NCBI GenBank assembly: GCA_001600815.1 | Contig: BCKZ01000016.1 | Span: 1-64,000 of the forward strand | Length of the DNA stretch: 64,000 bases | From: Alloascoidea hylecoeti | Taxonomy: Eukaryota | Direction of reading: 5' to 3' | In this document: piece after piece, positions 47,247-61,780 of the stretch | Layout: every line of letters begins with the position of its first letter | Numbering within the stretch: the stretch's first letter is position 1 | Translations under genes and position numbers: made by a program | The notes under the pieces: generated by a model | The model's input: the letters and a program-made list of their open reading frames with translations, nothing else | What the model was told of the DNA's origin: nothing | Database searches by the model: none

Positions 47247-48405
47247 GAAAGAAGGCCTATGGTAGGGACTGTAAAACAGAGGCATGCAGTTTGTGTTTGT
47301 TATAAATACAAAATGTTATCATGGAATATGTGATTGTGCCGATTGAATCCTTGGAAATGGACCAACGACATGTCTTTATCTGCATTAATAATATTGTTGC
47401 TAAACATTAAGAAGGAATTGATATAGAAAGGGAAATTGATACAAGGAGAAAGTTTTGTAAGTTCATAATAAAATTGAAGATGACTCCAGATTTAGAATCG
47501 TATAACAATTATTTCCAAATATATCAAAAGCAAATAGAAGATGCCAAATTTTGATAAACTGAATCATTTAGGCCCATCGAGGAAGAATCAATTTAATGTA
47601 GATGTATTATCAATATTTTCTCCTTTTAATGGCGATAGACAATTGAAAACTGATTTACAATATCAATTAAAATATGAATATTTTGATCCTTATGTCAATG
47701 AATTGTCAAATAAACTAGAATGCCATATTATCAAGCATCCGGCTTTAAAGTTGAACTAACATTTAGACAATTTTTCAGAAGCAGCATTTATTGGAAATGG
47801 TTGTAATATTGAACAGGAAATGATTATGGCATCATGAACATATTTTATATCCATCAGTACTGGTATAACTGGATCGCGATCGGGGAGTTTTTTAGTATAG
47901 AAAATTTAAATTAATGAAGGGGATGGCAATAATTATTCATTAATACGGCCAATTATTTAGTGCAGCATGTGGACGAAATTAAGTAGGCGGTATGTGGCAA
48001 AATGCCAAGTACAGCCGATCAGTGTACTCGAACTATACAGTACTAGTAAACGAATTATTCCCAGTCACTATTCAAAAGATTTAATTTTTTATTTTGACGT
48101 CTAATAATTGAAGACTTCCCTGTATAATAATAGATGAAGAAAGGAATAATATTTCATTCCAGGTGCACTGCCGTATTTATTGTGTTACTTTGTGTACCTT
48201 TGTGTATCGACTATAATTAGAAAGTACTGTGCTACTCCATTCAAGTCCGGGTAAAAGACATACCTTACTGCTTGGCCCATCTTTGAGTACCAATTATTCT
48301 CTTTTGTACTTTTTTCGTCTGTACTATTTTTTTGATCCTGAATTTTTTACCTGTATAAGATTTCTGTTTAATATTTCACGTTGTTTTTCATTGATATGGA
48401 ATAAA

Positions 48406-51400
48406 ATGGCCTCTCAACCTGATCATACTCCCGTTTCAAGATCTCGAAAAAGAGGTTTATCCCTACGAAGTCAACTTTTCACCCGAACTATTCAAAAACA
48501 AAGAAATCCGTCTCCTCCTCCAGGATCACCGTTAAGTTCACATGTTAACTTAATAGAACTTTCTCGCCCGAATACTAGAGAATCTAATATCAATGAGACC
48601 GTCGGGGAACTTGAAACAAATCCTGAGGCCCGACTTAGTACCAGCAGTAATCGTAAGTACTTTATTGCTTTTTTGACATCAGCCTTTTGGGATATATTTG
48701 CTAACAAATGATGATATTTATATTGATGCTATAGGATATACACCTTCTTTGAATGATATTTCCGAATCATCTCATGGATTTTCTTCTGATTCGTCTCGAT
48801 CCCCAAGATCTACTCCCACCACCTCACATGAATCAACAGACATATCATTTCGAATACGCATATTATCAAAACTAGATCATTTACGAAGAGTTATTTTAAA
48901 TGAAGAACAGATTCCTCCCTCAAAAAATGGTAGAATCATTCCTTTGAATTTTGAATCTAATTATAGCCAACCTCAAATCGATGAAAGAACAAAGAAGCCG
49001 TACATTTCAAATATGATCACTTCTTCAATATATACTACTTATAGTTTTTTCCCGAGGCAAATTTATGCCCAGCTTTCAAAAATTGCAAACTTGTATTTTT
49101 TCTGCGTTAGTATATTACAAATGATTCCATCATGGAGTACTACAGGTACTTATACAACAATTATTCCATTATGTGTTTTCATTGGTATTTCTATGGGTCG
49201 TGAAGCCTATGATGATATACGGCGGCACAGGCAAGATAAAGAAGAAAATAATAGAGATGTTACAGTGTTACGGCCTCTATTTGAAAAGAAACATCAAGTT
49301 ACGCATAACGAAGAGACAGATTTCTATCGTGTTAATGCAGTTAATTCATCTTCTCAACTATCCTCTGTTGAAGATTATGAAATAAATCAAGCTGGAGTTC
49401 AAAATGCAGGTTCATCACTAAGTAAAAAACAAATCATGTGGAAAGATTTAAAAGTTGGTGAGGTCATTGAAATAAAAAGAGATGAATGGGTTCCAGCTGA
49501 TATTGTTTTATTAACAGCAAAAGGATCATCAGAAAGTGTTTACATTGAAACAATGGATTTAGATGGTGAAACAACTTTAAAATCAAGAGAAGCACATCCA
49601 GAATTAGCAAAACATTGTAATAGTTATGAAAAATTAAGAAATATAAAAGCAATTGTTACAACTGAAGATCCAAATAATGATTTATATAATTTCGAAGGAA
49701 TGGTTTCTATACGTGATGAATCATCAAGACAAGAAATTACTTATCCATTAAATTCAGATCATGTTATTTATAGGGGTAGTATATTAAGAAATACTGATTC
49801 TGTTTTAGGTTTGGTTATATTTACTGGTGAAGAAACTAAAATTAGAATGAATTCAATTAAAAATCCACGTACAAAAGCTCCAAAATTACAAAAGAAAATT
49901 AATTTAATTATATTATTTATGGTTATAATTGTTATTATTTTAGCAGTAATATGGACAGTTATTGCAAAAGTTACCTATAATAAAAAAGGTAACAAAATGT
50001 GGTATTTAGATGGTTTAGAAGTAACTGTTGTTCAAAATTTCATGGGTTATATCATTATGTATAATACTTTAATTCCTTTATCTTTATATGTATCAATGGA
50101 AATTATTAAAGTTATGCAAATATTTTTAATGGAATGGGATATTGATATGTATCATGTTGAATCAAATACTCGTTGTGAAGCTAAAACTGCTACAATTCTT
50201 GAAGAATTAGGACAAGTTAGTTATATATTTTCAGATAAAACTGGTACATTAACTGATAATCTTATGGTTTTTAGAAAAATTAGTGCTGCTGGAATTGCCT
50301 GGTTACATGATATTGATATTTTAACAAATGGTAGGAATAATCTTGATTTAGAAGATGATCAAGATGCAATAACTGTCGCCAATACAGCAGCGAATGCTGC
50401 CAATACGATACAAAATGCTCGAGGCAGAAGTGAAGGAACCGCAATACTTCCAAGGCTTTCTGTTGCAACAGTAGGAAGTCCTAGACGGAGTATGGATCCT
50501 TCCTTTGTTGCTAGAAAAGGTCAAAGTTCCACTGTTTATACCGGTAGACCTAGTATGGCAGGATTTGTTAGAAATAGTATTTCTAGTTTTCATTCAAACA
50601 TAGCAACTACTGATAACCATAGACTTAGTATGGCAAGTTCATCACACATTTCCACTTGGAGATCAACTGCTGCTCCAATTAAACCACAAGAAATTCGATC
50701 AACATTAGATCTTATTCTTTATATTCAAACACATCCAAATACAGTTTATACTAAAAAAGTTAAATTCTTTTTATTATCAATTTCATTATGTCATGAATGT
50801 TTACCCAAGAAAATTGATTTAAATGATGATATTCCAGTTGATGTTAATTCAGAAGAACTAGATTCAACTATTGAATATCAATCAGCATCACCAGATGAAT
50901 TAGCTTTAGTATCAGCAGCAAGAGATATGGGTTTTATATTATCAGATAAAAAAATGAAATTATTAACAATTAGAACATATCCAAACGGTTTTGATTCTGA
51001 TCCAATTGATGAAATTTATGAAATTTTAGATATTATTGAATTTACATCATCAAGGAAAAAAATGTCTGTTATTGTTAAATTTCCAGATGGAAGAATTTGT
51101 GTTATTTGTAAAGGTGCTGATAATGTTATGTTAGAAAGATTACGTACAAATAATTTAGCAAAAGGTAAAGCTGCTGAAGTGGCAAAAACTGCTACTGAAA
51201 GAAGAAAAAGTGAAGCTGAATTTGTTATGCAAAGGAAATCTTTGGATCAATTAATTAATAATAATAATAATTCTGGAAAATCAGTTAGTAGTTTACAACG
51301 TGCTGCAAGTTTGAATTTAAATAGACGAAAACCCTTAGCTAGTATTGATGGTTATTTATCGAATGCCAGAAATGAAGATATACAAATTGAAGGGATTGCA

Positions 51401-53782
51401 TCTACATCAAGAAGATCTGTAAGTTTATCAAGAGCTAAAAGATTTGGTATAGAAACAAAAGATAATTCAGATGAAAATAGAGTGGAAAATAATAGATTAT
51501 CAACAACAACCGGAATTGTATCACCAGAAGATCTTATTATTGATGATAAACTTGTAACAAATGGCGAATATATTTTGGAAAAAACTTTAGAACATATTGA
51601 AGAATTTTCATCAGAAGGTTTAAGAACTTTAATATATGCATATAGATGGATGGATAAAAAAGAATATGAGTCATGGAGTTTAAAATATAGTGATGCAAAA
51701 AAATCATTAATTGACAGAAAGAAAAAAATTGGTGAAATTGGTGAATTAGTTGAACATGGATTTGAATTAAGTGGAGCAACAGCCATTGAAGATAAATTAC
51801 AAGAAGGTGTTGCTGAAGCAATTGATAAATTAAGAAGAGCAGGTATTAAAATTTGGATGTTAACTGGTGATAAAAGAGAAACTGCTATTAATATTGGTCA
51901 TTCTTGTCGTTTAGTAAAAGATTATTCAACAGTTATTGTTTTAAGATCTGATGATGATGAAGATTTAGAAACAAAAATGTCTGCTGCAATTTTAGAATTA
52001 GATGCTGGTAGAATTGCACATTGTGTTGCTGTTATTGATGGTGGTACATTAGCAGATGTTGAAAATGATGTTGCAATGAAATCAATGTTTATTGATTTAG
52101 GTATAAGATGTGATTCAGTCATTGTATGTCGTGCTTCACCAAGTCAAAAGGCAAATATGGTATCAGCAATTAGAGAAAAATTAAAAGATAAAGTTACTTT
52201 AGCAATTGGAGATGGTGCAAATGATATTGCAATGATTCAAAGTGCAGATATTGGAATTGGTATAACTGGTAAAGAGGGTTTACAAGCAGCAAGATCATCA
52301 GATTATTCAATTGCACAATTTCGATATTTATTAAAACTTTTATTTGTTCATGGAAGATATAATTATATTAGAACATCAAAATATGTTTTAAGTACATTTT
52401 ATAAAGAATTATTTTTTTATTTATCACAAGCAATATTTCAAAGAAATACTTTATGGACAGGTACTTCATTATATGAACCATGGTCATTATCAATGTTTAA
52501 TACATTATTTTCAACTTTACCTGTTTGGTGTATTGGAATGTTTGAAAAAGATTTAAAACCCGCAACATTAATTGCAATTCCTGAATTATATCAAAAAGGT
52601 ATAACAAATTCTGGTTTTAATTTATATATTTTCTTAGGTTGGTCATTATTAGCTGCATCACAATCTGTTTTAGTATCTTTTACAAGTTGGTATTTATATG
52701 GTATATTTGAATATAAAGATAATTCATTATTCCCACTTGGTACTTTAACTTATACTATAATTGTTGCAGTTATAAATCTTAAAATTCAATTTTTAGAAAT
52801 GCATAGTAGATCAATAACTTCATTTTTAACATCAATTATTTCAATTGGTGGTTGGCTTATATGGAATTTATTTATTTCTGAATTATATAAAAGCAGAGAA
52901 TCTAAAATTTATCATGTTTATAATTCAATGATAAAACATTTTGGTAAAGAATTAAGTTGGTGGAGCGCATTACTTGTAATTACAACAATGACAATTTTAT
53001 TAGATATTATTATTACATGTTTTAGAACAGCATTATTTCCAACAGATACTGATATTTTTCAAGAATTGGAACAAGATTTAAATGTTCGAAGAAGATTAGA
53101 AATTGAAGCATTTGAAGAAATGAAACAAGGTTGGACATGGCCAAGAGGTAAAAATGATATTGATGAAGAAAATGTGTCCGAAAAATCATCAATAGCATCA
53201 GTTGAAATGGATGATAATGTTCGTACCATGCCAAGACATGTTGCAAATGGTAGATTTTATGATATTTTTGGACGAAGAAAAAGAGCAACATCGGATGTTC
53301 CTAGCATTCACTCTGAAGAGATGCAAAATGATAATGCTAGTTCAGTTTCTAGAGGTAATGCTTCTACAATTAGAAGATTAGGTTCTCATAGTAAGAATGG
53401 TAGTGATAGCAGCAGCACAATATTTGTTAGAAATGATAAGAAACCAAGACCATTATCTGAAGGATCAACCAATTCTGATAATAGTGGTGTTCTTGGTAGT
53501 GGAATAATGAGTTCCTTAAAATCTATTAATGAAACTGATTATGAGATGGAATATTTACCTAGTGGTAAAGCTATTAAACATCGTAAATCCAACCGACCTA
53601 GCAGAGCAGATAAATTAAAGAAGAAGCTTAGATTCGGAACTCAAGAGTCATTTGAAGCAACGGCAGAAGATGAACGAGAAATTGAAGAAATTTTGGAATT
53701 ACGACAACAACAATTACAACAAGAAGAGGAGAGACAACGAGATGAACGTCGGGAACAAAAAAGGTCGCATCGGGAACAATGA
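48406..53782 (+). CDS. DNF3: P4-type ATPase phospholipid flippase Dnf3 (2 exons)
   Basis: Exons 48406-48652 and 48735-53782, intron GTAAGT...GCTAAC...TAG. N-terminal RKRGLSLRSQLF, LDGET, SDKTGTLT, SPDELAL, TGDKRETA, AIGDGAND. Confidence 0.92.
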
Positions 53783-54739
53783 TAACTAACGAATAGATAT
53801 ATACATGTATAACGTTTGTATAATGTATTAATACAGATACAGTGAAGTCACTATCAGAAGTATCAATGTTATAATTCGCAGCAAAATTGGCCTATTGTTA
53901 ACAGTTCAAAATAGCCATGTACGATGTAAGCAATTCGTGACATATACAATTTTGCCACTTAAAAATAATTCTAATATAAGATATATAAACTATAGATACA
54001 AATACGGTATATTTAATGTTTGAAAGTAAACGACCCATGTAGCTTGAAAACGTTCGAATTGAGTTTCTTTTGCTGCCAAAATTATGCAAATTATAATGCG
54101 ATTTATTTAACCATATGATGGACATTTATTTTCGTCACTTCCACTCTCCGGTGGAAAGAATTATTTGTCATATTAATTATATAAATTACTTATTTTTGAA
54201 GCCACTCCATCGTAACATGTCAGATACGCATATGCATTCAATAGCGTTAACAGTTGAAATTGTAGTTGTTCAAGACTCAAGTGCTATTGGTTTCATTCTA
54301 ACCTGACTTTCTTGTATATATATATTAATGTGGTGACCACTTTTTAATTCCCAAAGAGCGGAATTTGGCAATGACAATCTAGACATTATACATTATTAAT
54401 GTTCAGCTTGCTACCAAAAATGGTTCGGAAAATAAATAGTTTAATAAAGAGTGCTGAAAATTTTTACAATTAATATGAAGTTTTCAGTTAACATTTAAAG
54501 GAAGTTTCCATAAACACATAAAAACATTGAGTTAATTGTAAGATCTACGAGTGCTTCTTTAGGCACAGATGCGATGAGCGCACCAATATGCCATATTCCG
54601 CGCGCATCTGCAGCCATGTCCACGCACACGCGGGGAGTCCGCATAAGTGTGCATCACCAACAAAGCAGCACGGAAGTGAAGTTTTAAATTTATAGTGATA
54701 CCATACTTTTTTTCTGCTTTGGATGGACTTTTTTATAAA

Positions 54740-57373
54740 ATGAAAATTCTCGACTCTTCTCTCCACCAAGCAAACCCACAGGAACTGTCCGCCCTGGTGC
54801 CCTGTCCCTTCCCGCCCCCGTTGCACCGTGCTGTTTTCAAGCCATTCAGCTTTCTGTCCGGTTCTGTAGATCAGCAGGACCACTCTCTCCCGTTTAAAGA
54901 CCCCTATAACTATCTCCCGGGGTCCATGGACTCTCCCACGAGCTTGACCACATCTATGGGTCCCCTAGGCCTCTCCGCCTCTCTGGATTCCGACCCAGCC
55001 GCATTCACACACCCCCAGAACACCGGTCTGGCGAACCAGATGGGCACGACCCCTGTATCAGGTCCTGTACCAGGTCCTGTACAAGGCCCTGGGTCGGCCA
55101 TCTCTACTGCAGCACCACCACCAACAGCTGCAGAACAAGACTTTGTTGGAGTCTACGGCACCGGATTGGTGTCCCCTTGTGACGAGGCCCAATCCTCCCA
55201 GCAGACCTCCTCGCCCTCCGCCGTTTCCGCTTCTGCCCAGGACTACTTAATGTTGGACCCGTACACCTCTGTCCCTGTGGTGACAAGATCTACAGATGGC
55301 ACTCCAGACATAAACCCATCAGATGTCAAAACTTCGAATTCCACTCCACCTCAACAATCACAACAGAAGGAAAGACGTATGTCAATTACTTTGGATCATC
55401 TATCTCCTGATAACAAAAAGGCAATGGGCTCTGGGGAAAAACAGCCCCAAAAGCGCCAAAAAATCAATTCGGACCAGCTCCGCGTCTTACAAACTGAGTT
55501 TCAAAAAAACCCTAATCCGTCCTCAATTGTTCGAAAACAGATTAGTGAGACAATATCAATGCCTGAAAGATCTATTCAAATTTGGTTCCAAAATCAACGT
55601 GCTAGGTCAAAAAAGAAGAGAATCGTTGGAAATACCTCAGCAAATTCAAGTATTGGAAGTTATAGTGATATGCACAAACTAATCGACCGGAAGACGAGTC
55701 TTGCTTATGGCTATGATGTTCCTCCAGGTTCTGAAAGACGCAAATCTTTACGTTTTAAACAGCAACGGCCGAATAGCATTACATCTGCCGACCAAACCCA
55801 ACTTTTGGCTCAAAATCAGATTCAGAACCAACAACAATATATGGGACAAGGCCAGTCATTTTCGGATTTGGTAGATTTGGACTCATCTTCATTGTTCTCC
55901 AGTGGTTTAGGCAACTCCATGTCCTCATTTCCCGAGCCTTGGGATGGTGGTTTCAACCCGGCCAATTCGGAGCTCACTTCTCCGTTGACACCTTTCCCTT
56001 TCGAGTTTCAACCATCCTCAGATTTGTATGAAACACCAAGGTTTAATGGACAAAAACATAGCTCATCAATTTCGACAAACTCTTCTTTTTCTTCTGGTTT
56101 ACGTTCTTATCCAGGATACTCATATTCCCCTCATTCTTCAATAACAAGTAATGTGAACCCATATTCACGAGGTTCTACTACAAGTACTTCATCAGGGAGA
56201 AGTCAATATGATTCAATGTTTTCTATTTATGATCATCAACAAGGTAGAACTACTGGTTCAATTTCAACAAATAATCCTCTTGGTAATAATCAAAATCCAC
56301 AAAATCCTGGTTATAGCATATCAAGAAATTCATCATATATATCTGGATTAACAAGTTATAATAGTATTGATTCAATGAGTACAAATCCAATTGTTTGGGG
56401 GAATTCATCATTTACTAAATCTTATCATGATTTAATTCCCATTACCTTAAATACAATATGTATTGGTAAATGGAGAAGAGTAAGGGATCCAATAAGAACT
56501 AAAATTTTAAGAAGAATTGATTCAAATATTTTGGATGATCCAATTGAAATTTTAAAACTTATGGGTAATAATAATTTAGTTGTTTTTGTTTCATTATATA
56601 ATGCAACAATAACTTATCTTTTCACAAATGAAAAAGTTATTGATTCTTCAGAAAAAAATAATACAACAAATTCAAAAACAAAATCTTTTTCAACAAGTAC
56701 TGTTTCATCAACAGCAACAATATCTGAAAATACATCAGTATTACCAAAACCAAATAATAATAATAATAATATTAATATTAATAATAATAATAATGATGAT
56801 GAATATATTGATCAAATGATCTTTAAAATTTCTTTTTCATTTGATTATATAAATAGTGTTGAATTAAAACCATTATTAGCAGAAGAAAATCAAATTATAT
56901 CTGAAGATGATACAACAGCAGAATTAGTTTTATCATTAAATCAACCACCTGAATTTTTCATTCATTATCCATCATCATCATCATTATCTCAATCAACAAC
57001 AACTACAGCAACAACAAATGAAATAATGAAATTTTCAAAATCAACATCCTCATCATCACATATGAATTCGAATAGTAACAATTCATCACCACAAAGCCCA
57101 AATAGTGGTAGTATTAATTCAACGCCAAGTGCAAATACTTCAGTAACAGTAACAACAATTAACCCAATATTAAATCATTCTTATATGAATGTAAGTCGTT
57201 TTTGGTCATCTTCTGGAGATTTTTCAGAAGGTCAACAAGTTTCAAAAGCTTTTGATATTCCTTTTGGTGGATCTGGTGCAACTCATGTTATTAGTGGTAC
57301 AAATATTTCAAATTTACATATTGTACAAAATGAAATTTTAGGTTTTATAATGAGGAAAAATATTAGTTCTTAA
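54740..57373 (+). CDS. PHO2: Pho2-like homeodomain transcription factor (start may be ATG 54926)
   Basis: Homeodomain QLRVLQTEFQKNPNP...ERSIQIWFQNQRAR; Pho2-type ICIGKWRRV and W....DFSEGQQVS.AF...GGS...HVISG. ATG 54740 abuts a TATA-like TTTATAAAA, so the later ATG is plausible. Confidence 0.85.
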   Translation: MKILDSSLHQANPQELSALVPCPFPPPLHRAVFKPFSFLSGSVDQQDHSLPFKDPYNYLPGSMDSPTSLTTSMGPLGLSASLDSDPAAFTHPQNTGLANQMGTTPVSGPVPGPVQGPGSAISTAAPPPTAAEQDFVGVYGTGLVSPCDEAQSSQQTSSPSAVSASAQDYLMLDPYTSVPVVTRSTDGTPDINPSDVKTSNSTPPQQSQQKERRMSITLDHLSPDNKKAMGSGEKQPQKRQKINSDQLRVLQTEFQKNPNPSSIVRKQISETISMPERSIQIWFQNQRARSKKKRIVGNTSANSSIGSYSDMHKLIDRKTSLAYGYDVPPGSERRKSLRFKQQRPNSITSADQTQLLAQNQIQNQQQYMGQGQSFSDLVDLDSSSLFSSGLGNSMSSFPEPWDGGFNPANSELTSPLTPFPFEFQPSSDLYETPRFNGQKHSSSISTNSSFSSGLRSYPGYSYSPHSSITSNVNPYSRGSTTSTSSGRSQYDSMFSIYDHQQGRTTGSISTNNPLGNNQNPQNPGYSISRNSSYISGLTSYNSIDSMSTNPIVWGNSSFTKSYHDLIPITLNTICIGKWRRVRDPIRTKILRRIDSNILDDPIEILKLMGNNNLVVFVSLYNATITYLFTNEKVIDSSEKNNTTNSKTKSFSTSTVSSTATISENTSVLPKPNNNNNNININNNNNDDEYIDQMIFKISFSFDYINSVELKPLLAEENQIISEDDTTAELVLSLNQPPEFFIHYPSSSSLSQSTTTTATTNEIMKFSKSTSSSSHMNSNSNNSSPQSPNSGSINSTPSANTSVTVTTINPILNHSYMNVSRFWSSSGDFSEGQQVSKAFDIPFGGSGATHVISGTNISNLHIVQNEILGFIMRKNISS

Positions 57374-57788
57374 CACCTTTAAACTTCTCTTAAGCTTCTT
57401 TTTTTTAAAAAAAAAAAAATTGTTAATATATGAAAATGATTGGATTAGATATAGAGGAAAAGTTATGATGGGGTTAAGAAGTTAGTGGCACATGCATATA
57501 TGGTCTATGATTTTTTGATTACTTTTGTTATGATTAATAATAGGGGATTTATTAGACTTTCAATTTCAGATTCAAGTTCAATTTCAATTGGTGAAGCCAA
57601 AGCAACAATTAATTTTGATTACTTCCTTTTTTTTATTATATGTTTTCGATACCTCTTTCTTTTGTTAATCTTCCTTTTTCTGTTTGAATTTAATATATAT
57701 ACAACATTACACATTCTTTTATATTTTATATTTATCTCTAGTACTTGTGATTTTTGTTTAGTTTATATCAATTATCATTATTGTTAAT

Positions 57789-57797
57789 CATTATTAC

Positions 57798-57833
<36 letters not shown>

Positions 57834-57844
57834 TACTATTATTT
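57789..57844 (+). repeat. (TAT)n microsatellite
   Basis: Near-perfect TAT/TAC repeats. Confidence 0.9.
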
Positions 57845-60800
57845 GTTTATTCATTCATTTTTTTGGTGGGGGGGGGTAAGTTAAGTAATGTCTTATTTTA
57901 CTCGATCTGTTTTTGGAAAAAAAATCTTGTGTACGTTATTATTATTTTATTAATTATTATTGGTTTGAAATTTTAAAAAATTTATGACCCCCTTTGAATC
58001 TTTGATATTCATTCATTATAACAAATTTGCTAATACTTTTAAAATTATAGTTAAGTGACGTTTACCGTTTTTTATCTTTTCATTCTCTATTTTTTTGGTT
58101 TCCCATCAGTTAGAATGCATGTATATACTCAAGGGTTTTATGATCATGAGGATAATTGAAAATCAGCCTTGGACAAACCATCTGATGGATCATAATAATA
58201 ATCCTCTAATGATACAATTTACAAAGTTTGAAACTTTTATAAGGTAAAGAAAGATTCAAGGTTTATAACAAAAAAAATTAACAAATAGAAGGAGAGGGAG
58301 TACTGAGTACAATTAAAATTTACATGTTTATGAGAGATCAACCAAAACTGTACACATTTTTTGAATATCTATAATTACATTTTTTTCTCTTTTAATTTTT
58401 ATACCTTTTATATATAATTTTCATTATGGTAGATCCTGATTAATATTCATTCATTTTTTTCATAATTATCAATGATGATATGTTATAATGATGTATTGGT
58501 GGCTGTATTTACTTCAGCTTTTATTGGATTCTTCTTCTTTAATTAATTTATTCTATATGAGCACAAATAATTGATAATATAAATATGGTATATGGGAAAT
58601 TTTTGAATTTTAACGTATAAAAAATATTAACATACTTATAACCATAGTTTTATGATTATAGCGTAGTATATAATGAATTGTTGTATGGTACTGCAGATCT
58701 AAATTTTAAATTCAATGTTTTCAGCTTTATCCTCTTGATAATAAATATTTAAATGATTGACAACAAAATTTATTATCTGTTAAAGATTTGAGAAATTATA
58801 AATGAAGAAATTGAATCGTTATATTGAAGAATTAGATCTGGTATTACAGTTATGTATGTTGACCGGATTATCGAATTTAAATTTACTTTTATACAAAATT
58901 GTAATTAAGTTCACAGTCTATCTAAATCCAATAACGTTAACCATAAAATATATAAAGTATTATATGTAGATGTTGCACTTTAAATTTCCGATGGAGGTAA
59001 AAACTAATAAAGTATACCTGCTGGAAATATTAGGGTGTGGGTATCAAGATCCTGCATTTTATACCTTAACATTGATATTGTTTTTGCCTTGCTTCTACTG
59101 TTGGGTACCCGCGGGATTTAATGAGATGATGATTCTTCTAATAAAGGTGCCAAGCGCTGTAGCACCATTTGTAGCACACTTTGTAGCACCATTAATCAAA
59201 TTTCTTAACGTAACCGTTGATTTTCCCAAATCTAGATATGCCGGGAAACTGAGACATCGATACCTGGTCATGGAATAGTTAATTAAACTGAAGTAATTTT
59301 CATTCTAATATTTAATACAAGCTATTATTCTTCTTCTTCTCCTTCGTCGGCTCTAACGCACAATTACCCATGATATATATCACTCATATCATCCTCATAT
59401 TAGTTAAAGAAACATCTTTACTTCTACCCATGGAGTTGTTGGTGGATAAGATAAACATCAAAATCCTTCCTATGCATATGTGGCTATGGAAACATCGATG
59501 TAGCTATTTATAACGTTCTACGTATTACATCAATTCAAAGGTTTTTTGCCTTAAGAAGATAAAATTATGGGGGTTCCATGATCAATTGCTATCCCACAAT
59601 TTAAAACAAAAATTGTGTTTATTACAATTGTATATAGGAATCTCTTTACATTTGGGGATATTAGTTTAGCGCCAGAGATATAGGAAGTATAAGACACGGC
59701 TGAATCGATATCACCTTTTATGGTTAAAGTTATTCTTTTGTATATGAACAATAACTATAAGTATACTTACATGTATAAGCATCTCAAAGTATAGATAATG
59801 AAAAGTAAAAAGATAAAGGTAACAAAATTCCTGTACATTTGCACAATATATGAAAGAGATCATCTTATAATTATATTGAACTATACATGTCTTTATATAC
59901 TCTATTTATTATACTAATTCTGATGCTCAACATCTGGCATATCTTAATAAATATATAATGAAAAGTATTGAATATAATTGTTGAACAGAAGAATTATAAC
60001 TTAATTATATATGCCAACTCTAACAATATAATAGAGTTAACTTTAACTTTGAAATTGTGTGATGTTGATGTCATCTACGCAATTATCATTGAATTAGCGC
60101 TATCACCACCCACACTTGCGCTATTTCTTGTATTGTATACAACCGATCTTCCGCATCAACAAAATTACAAATTTACCATTTTTGTCAGGTGATATGACTT
60201 TATAACCTTGCGATTTTTATACAAAATGAATTTGATATCGAACGAACAGTAACAATAACCCTGTGAAATTGTATTAGATTTTATCCCATGATCAAATATG
60301 GGATATTTAAAATATATTTCGCAACAATTATCTCAAATATAATTCGCCTACTGTCAAGGGCTAGCACCTCTAAACTTTCGCATAAATATTTTCATCCTTA
60401 TCTGTGAAGAATTGTAAGCTTAGATCAAATGTAATTAATACAAATGAAATACTGCAGCTATCTACGGTGAATTGTCCATAGAATGTATATATAACTGTAA
60501 CTTTCTTTCTTTCTTTCAATAAGGCCTTTATTTTAGTAGCATCGGTATCACCTTTGAATAATTAATGAACGTTAACTATAAGCTTATGGCCATGGCTAAA
60601 TAAGCTACCCAAAAAAAGAAAAAAATTAGGAATAAAAAATAATTTAAATTAATCCGTTAACATTAATTATTAGAAGAAGGTTTACTTTTTTTTTTTTTTG
60701 CCAAAATGTGGTATTATGTTAATTTACAGCGCTAGTTGTAGGATAAATTTGAATACTATACATTAAAAGGTATTCCTCAAGATTATAATTTAACTATGTA

Positions 60801-61104
60801 GTACTCTTATCTTCTACTATAAAGATTATAATTATTCATCAATTTAATTTAGGCCTAAGACTGCGAATTGTTAATTAGTTTAAAAGAAAAGTCAACTCGT
60901 AAGTAAAGTAATGGGCACAACATCGTAATTGCAATGCACAGTGTCTAAATTGTAAAACCGGACAACTCATTTTTGATCCACCACTCCAATATGGCAACAT
61001 TATAACCAGACATGGAGTACTCTACAATGATTTAAATTGTCCCCTAAAATAGTCCATAATGATTTATAAATTCTAGAGATTATATTAGCATGTACAAATT
61101 GGAT

Positions 61105-61780
61105 TGTAACTTAATGTTGGCACCCTTGACTCCATGACACCCTATGAGAAATAGAGTCCATTAGGTTATCAATGATACCCTGATCCACAAGATCCCAGAA
61201 TTTTGGAGAAAACATAAGAATTGAGATTTTCTTCACATTTACAACAAGGCTCCAAATCACAATTTCTGCTATGTGATGAACCTTTATGAAGAGATTCCAA
61301 TTGTGCTCAATTGGGTTCTGATCTGTTCAAAAAGGCGATCACTCTAAAATCTCCATATCCTTTCCACGAAACCAATTCATCCCTATTTTAGCTTTATGGA
61401 TAGGTATGCTATGCTGCTTGAATATGAGATCCTCAGAAATCTCATCAAAGGCCTCCCCCAGAAGTTCCATGGAGGAATGTTGTTTCCTTTTTTCTGCTAT
61501 TAAGAACCCAACCACTCTATACAGTGAAGACAACCTCCCTTCAATATTTTAACCACTTCCATAAGACTTACAGACCAAAACTTCCCTATACTATAGCTAT
61601 AAGTATTTTTTGATACAAAGGCTTGGTGGTGTGAGTGTTGTGGAGCATATAACTTATACTTTTCTAGATCTAGATGGATCCACCGAACATTAATTACTAA
61701 ATAAAACCACCATCCCAAAAGTCATGATACCACTCTAAACTATATTTAGATAATAACATTCTATCCGTTTGGTTCTTATC
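61105..61780 (-). mobile_element. Decayed Tc1/mariner (IS630-Tc1) transposase
   Basis: Minus strand: LEWYHDFW / VVLFSN*CSV (for VLFSDE), IFKQHSIPIHKAK..MNWF...MEILE*SPF*TDQNPIEHNW (for FQQDNAPIH...WPPYSPDLNPIEHVW), W......IIDNLMDSISHRV. Stops and frameshifts throughout. Confidence 0.85.

Noticed and set aside
55582..55602. Homeodomain WFQNQR instead of WFQNRR
   Set aside because: W48, F49, Q50, N51 and R53 are intact; position 52 varies among homeodomains.
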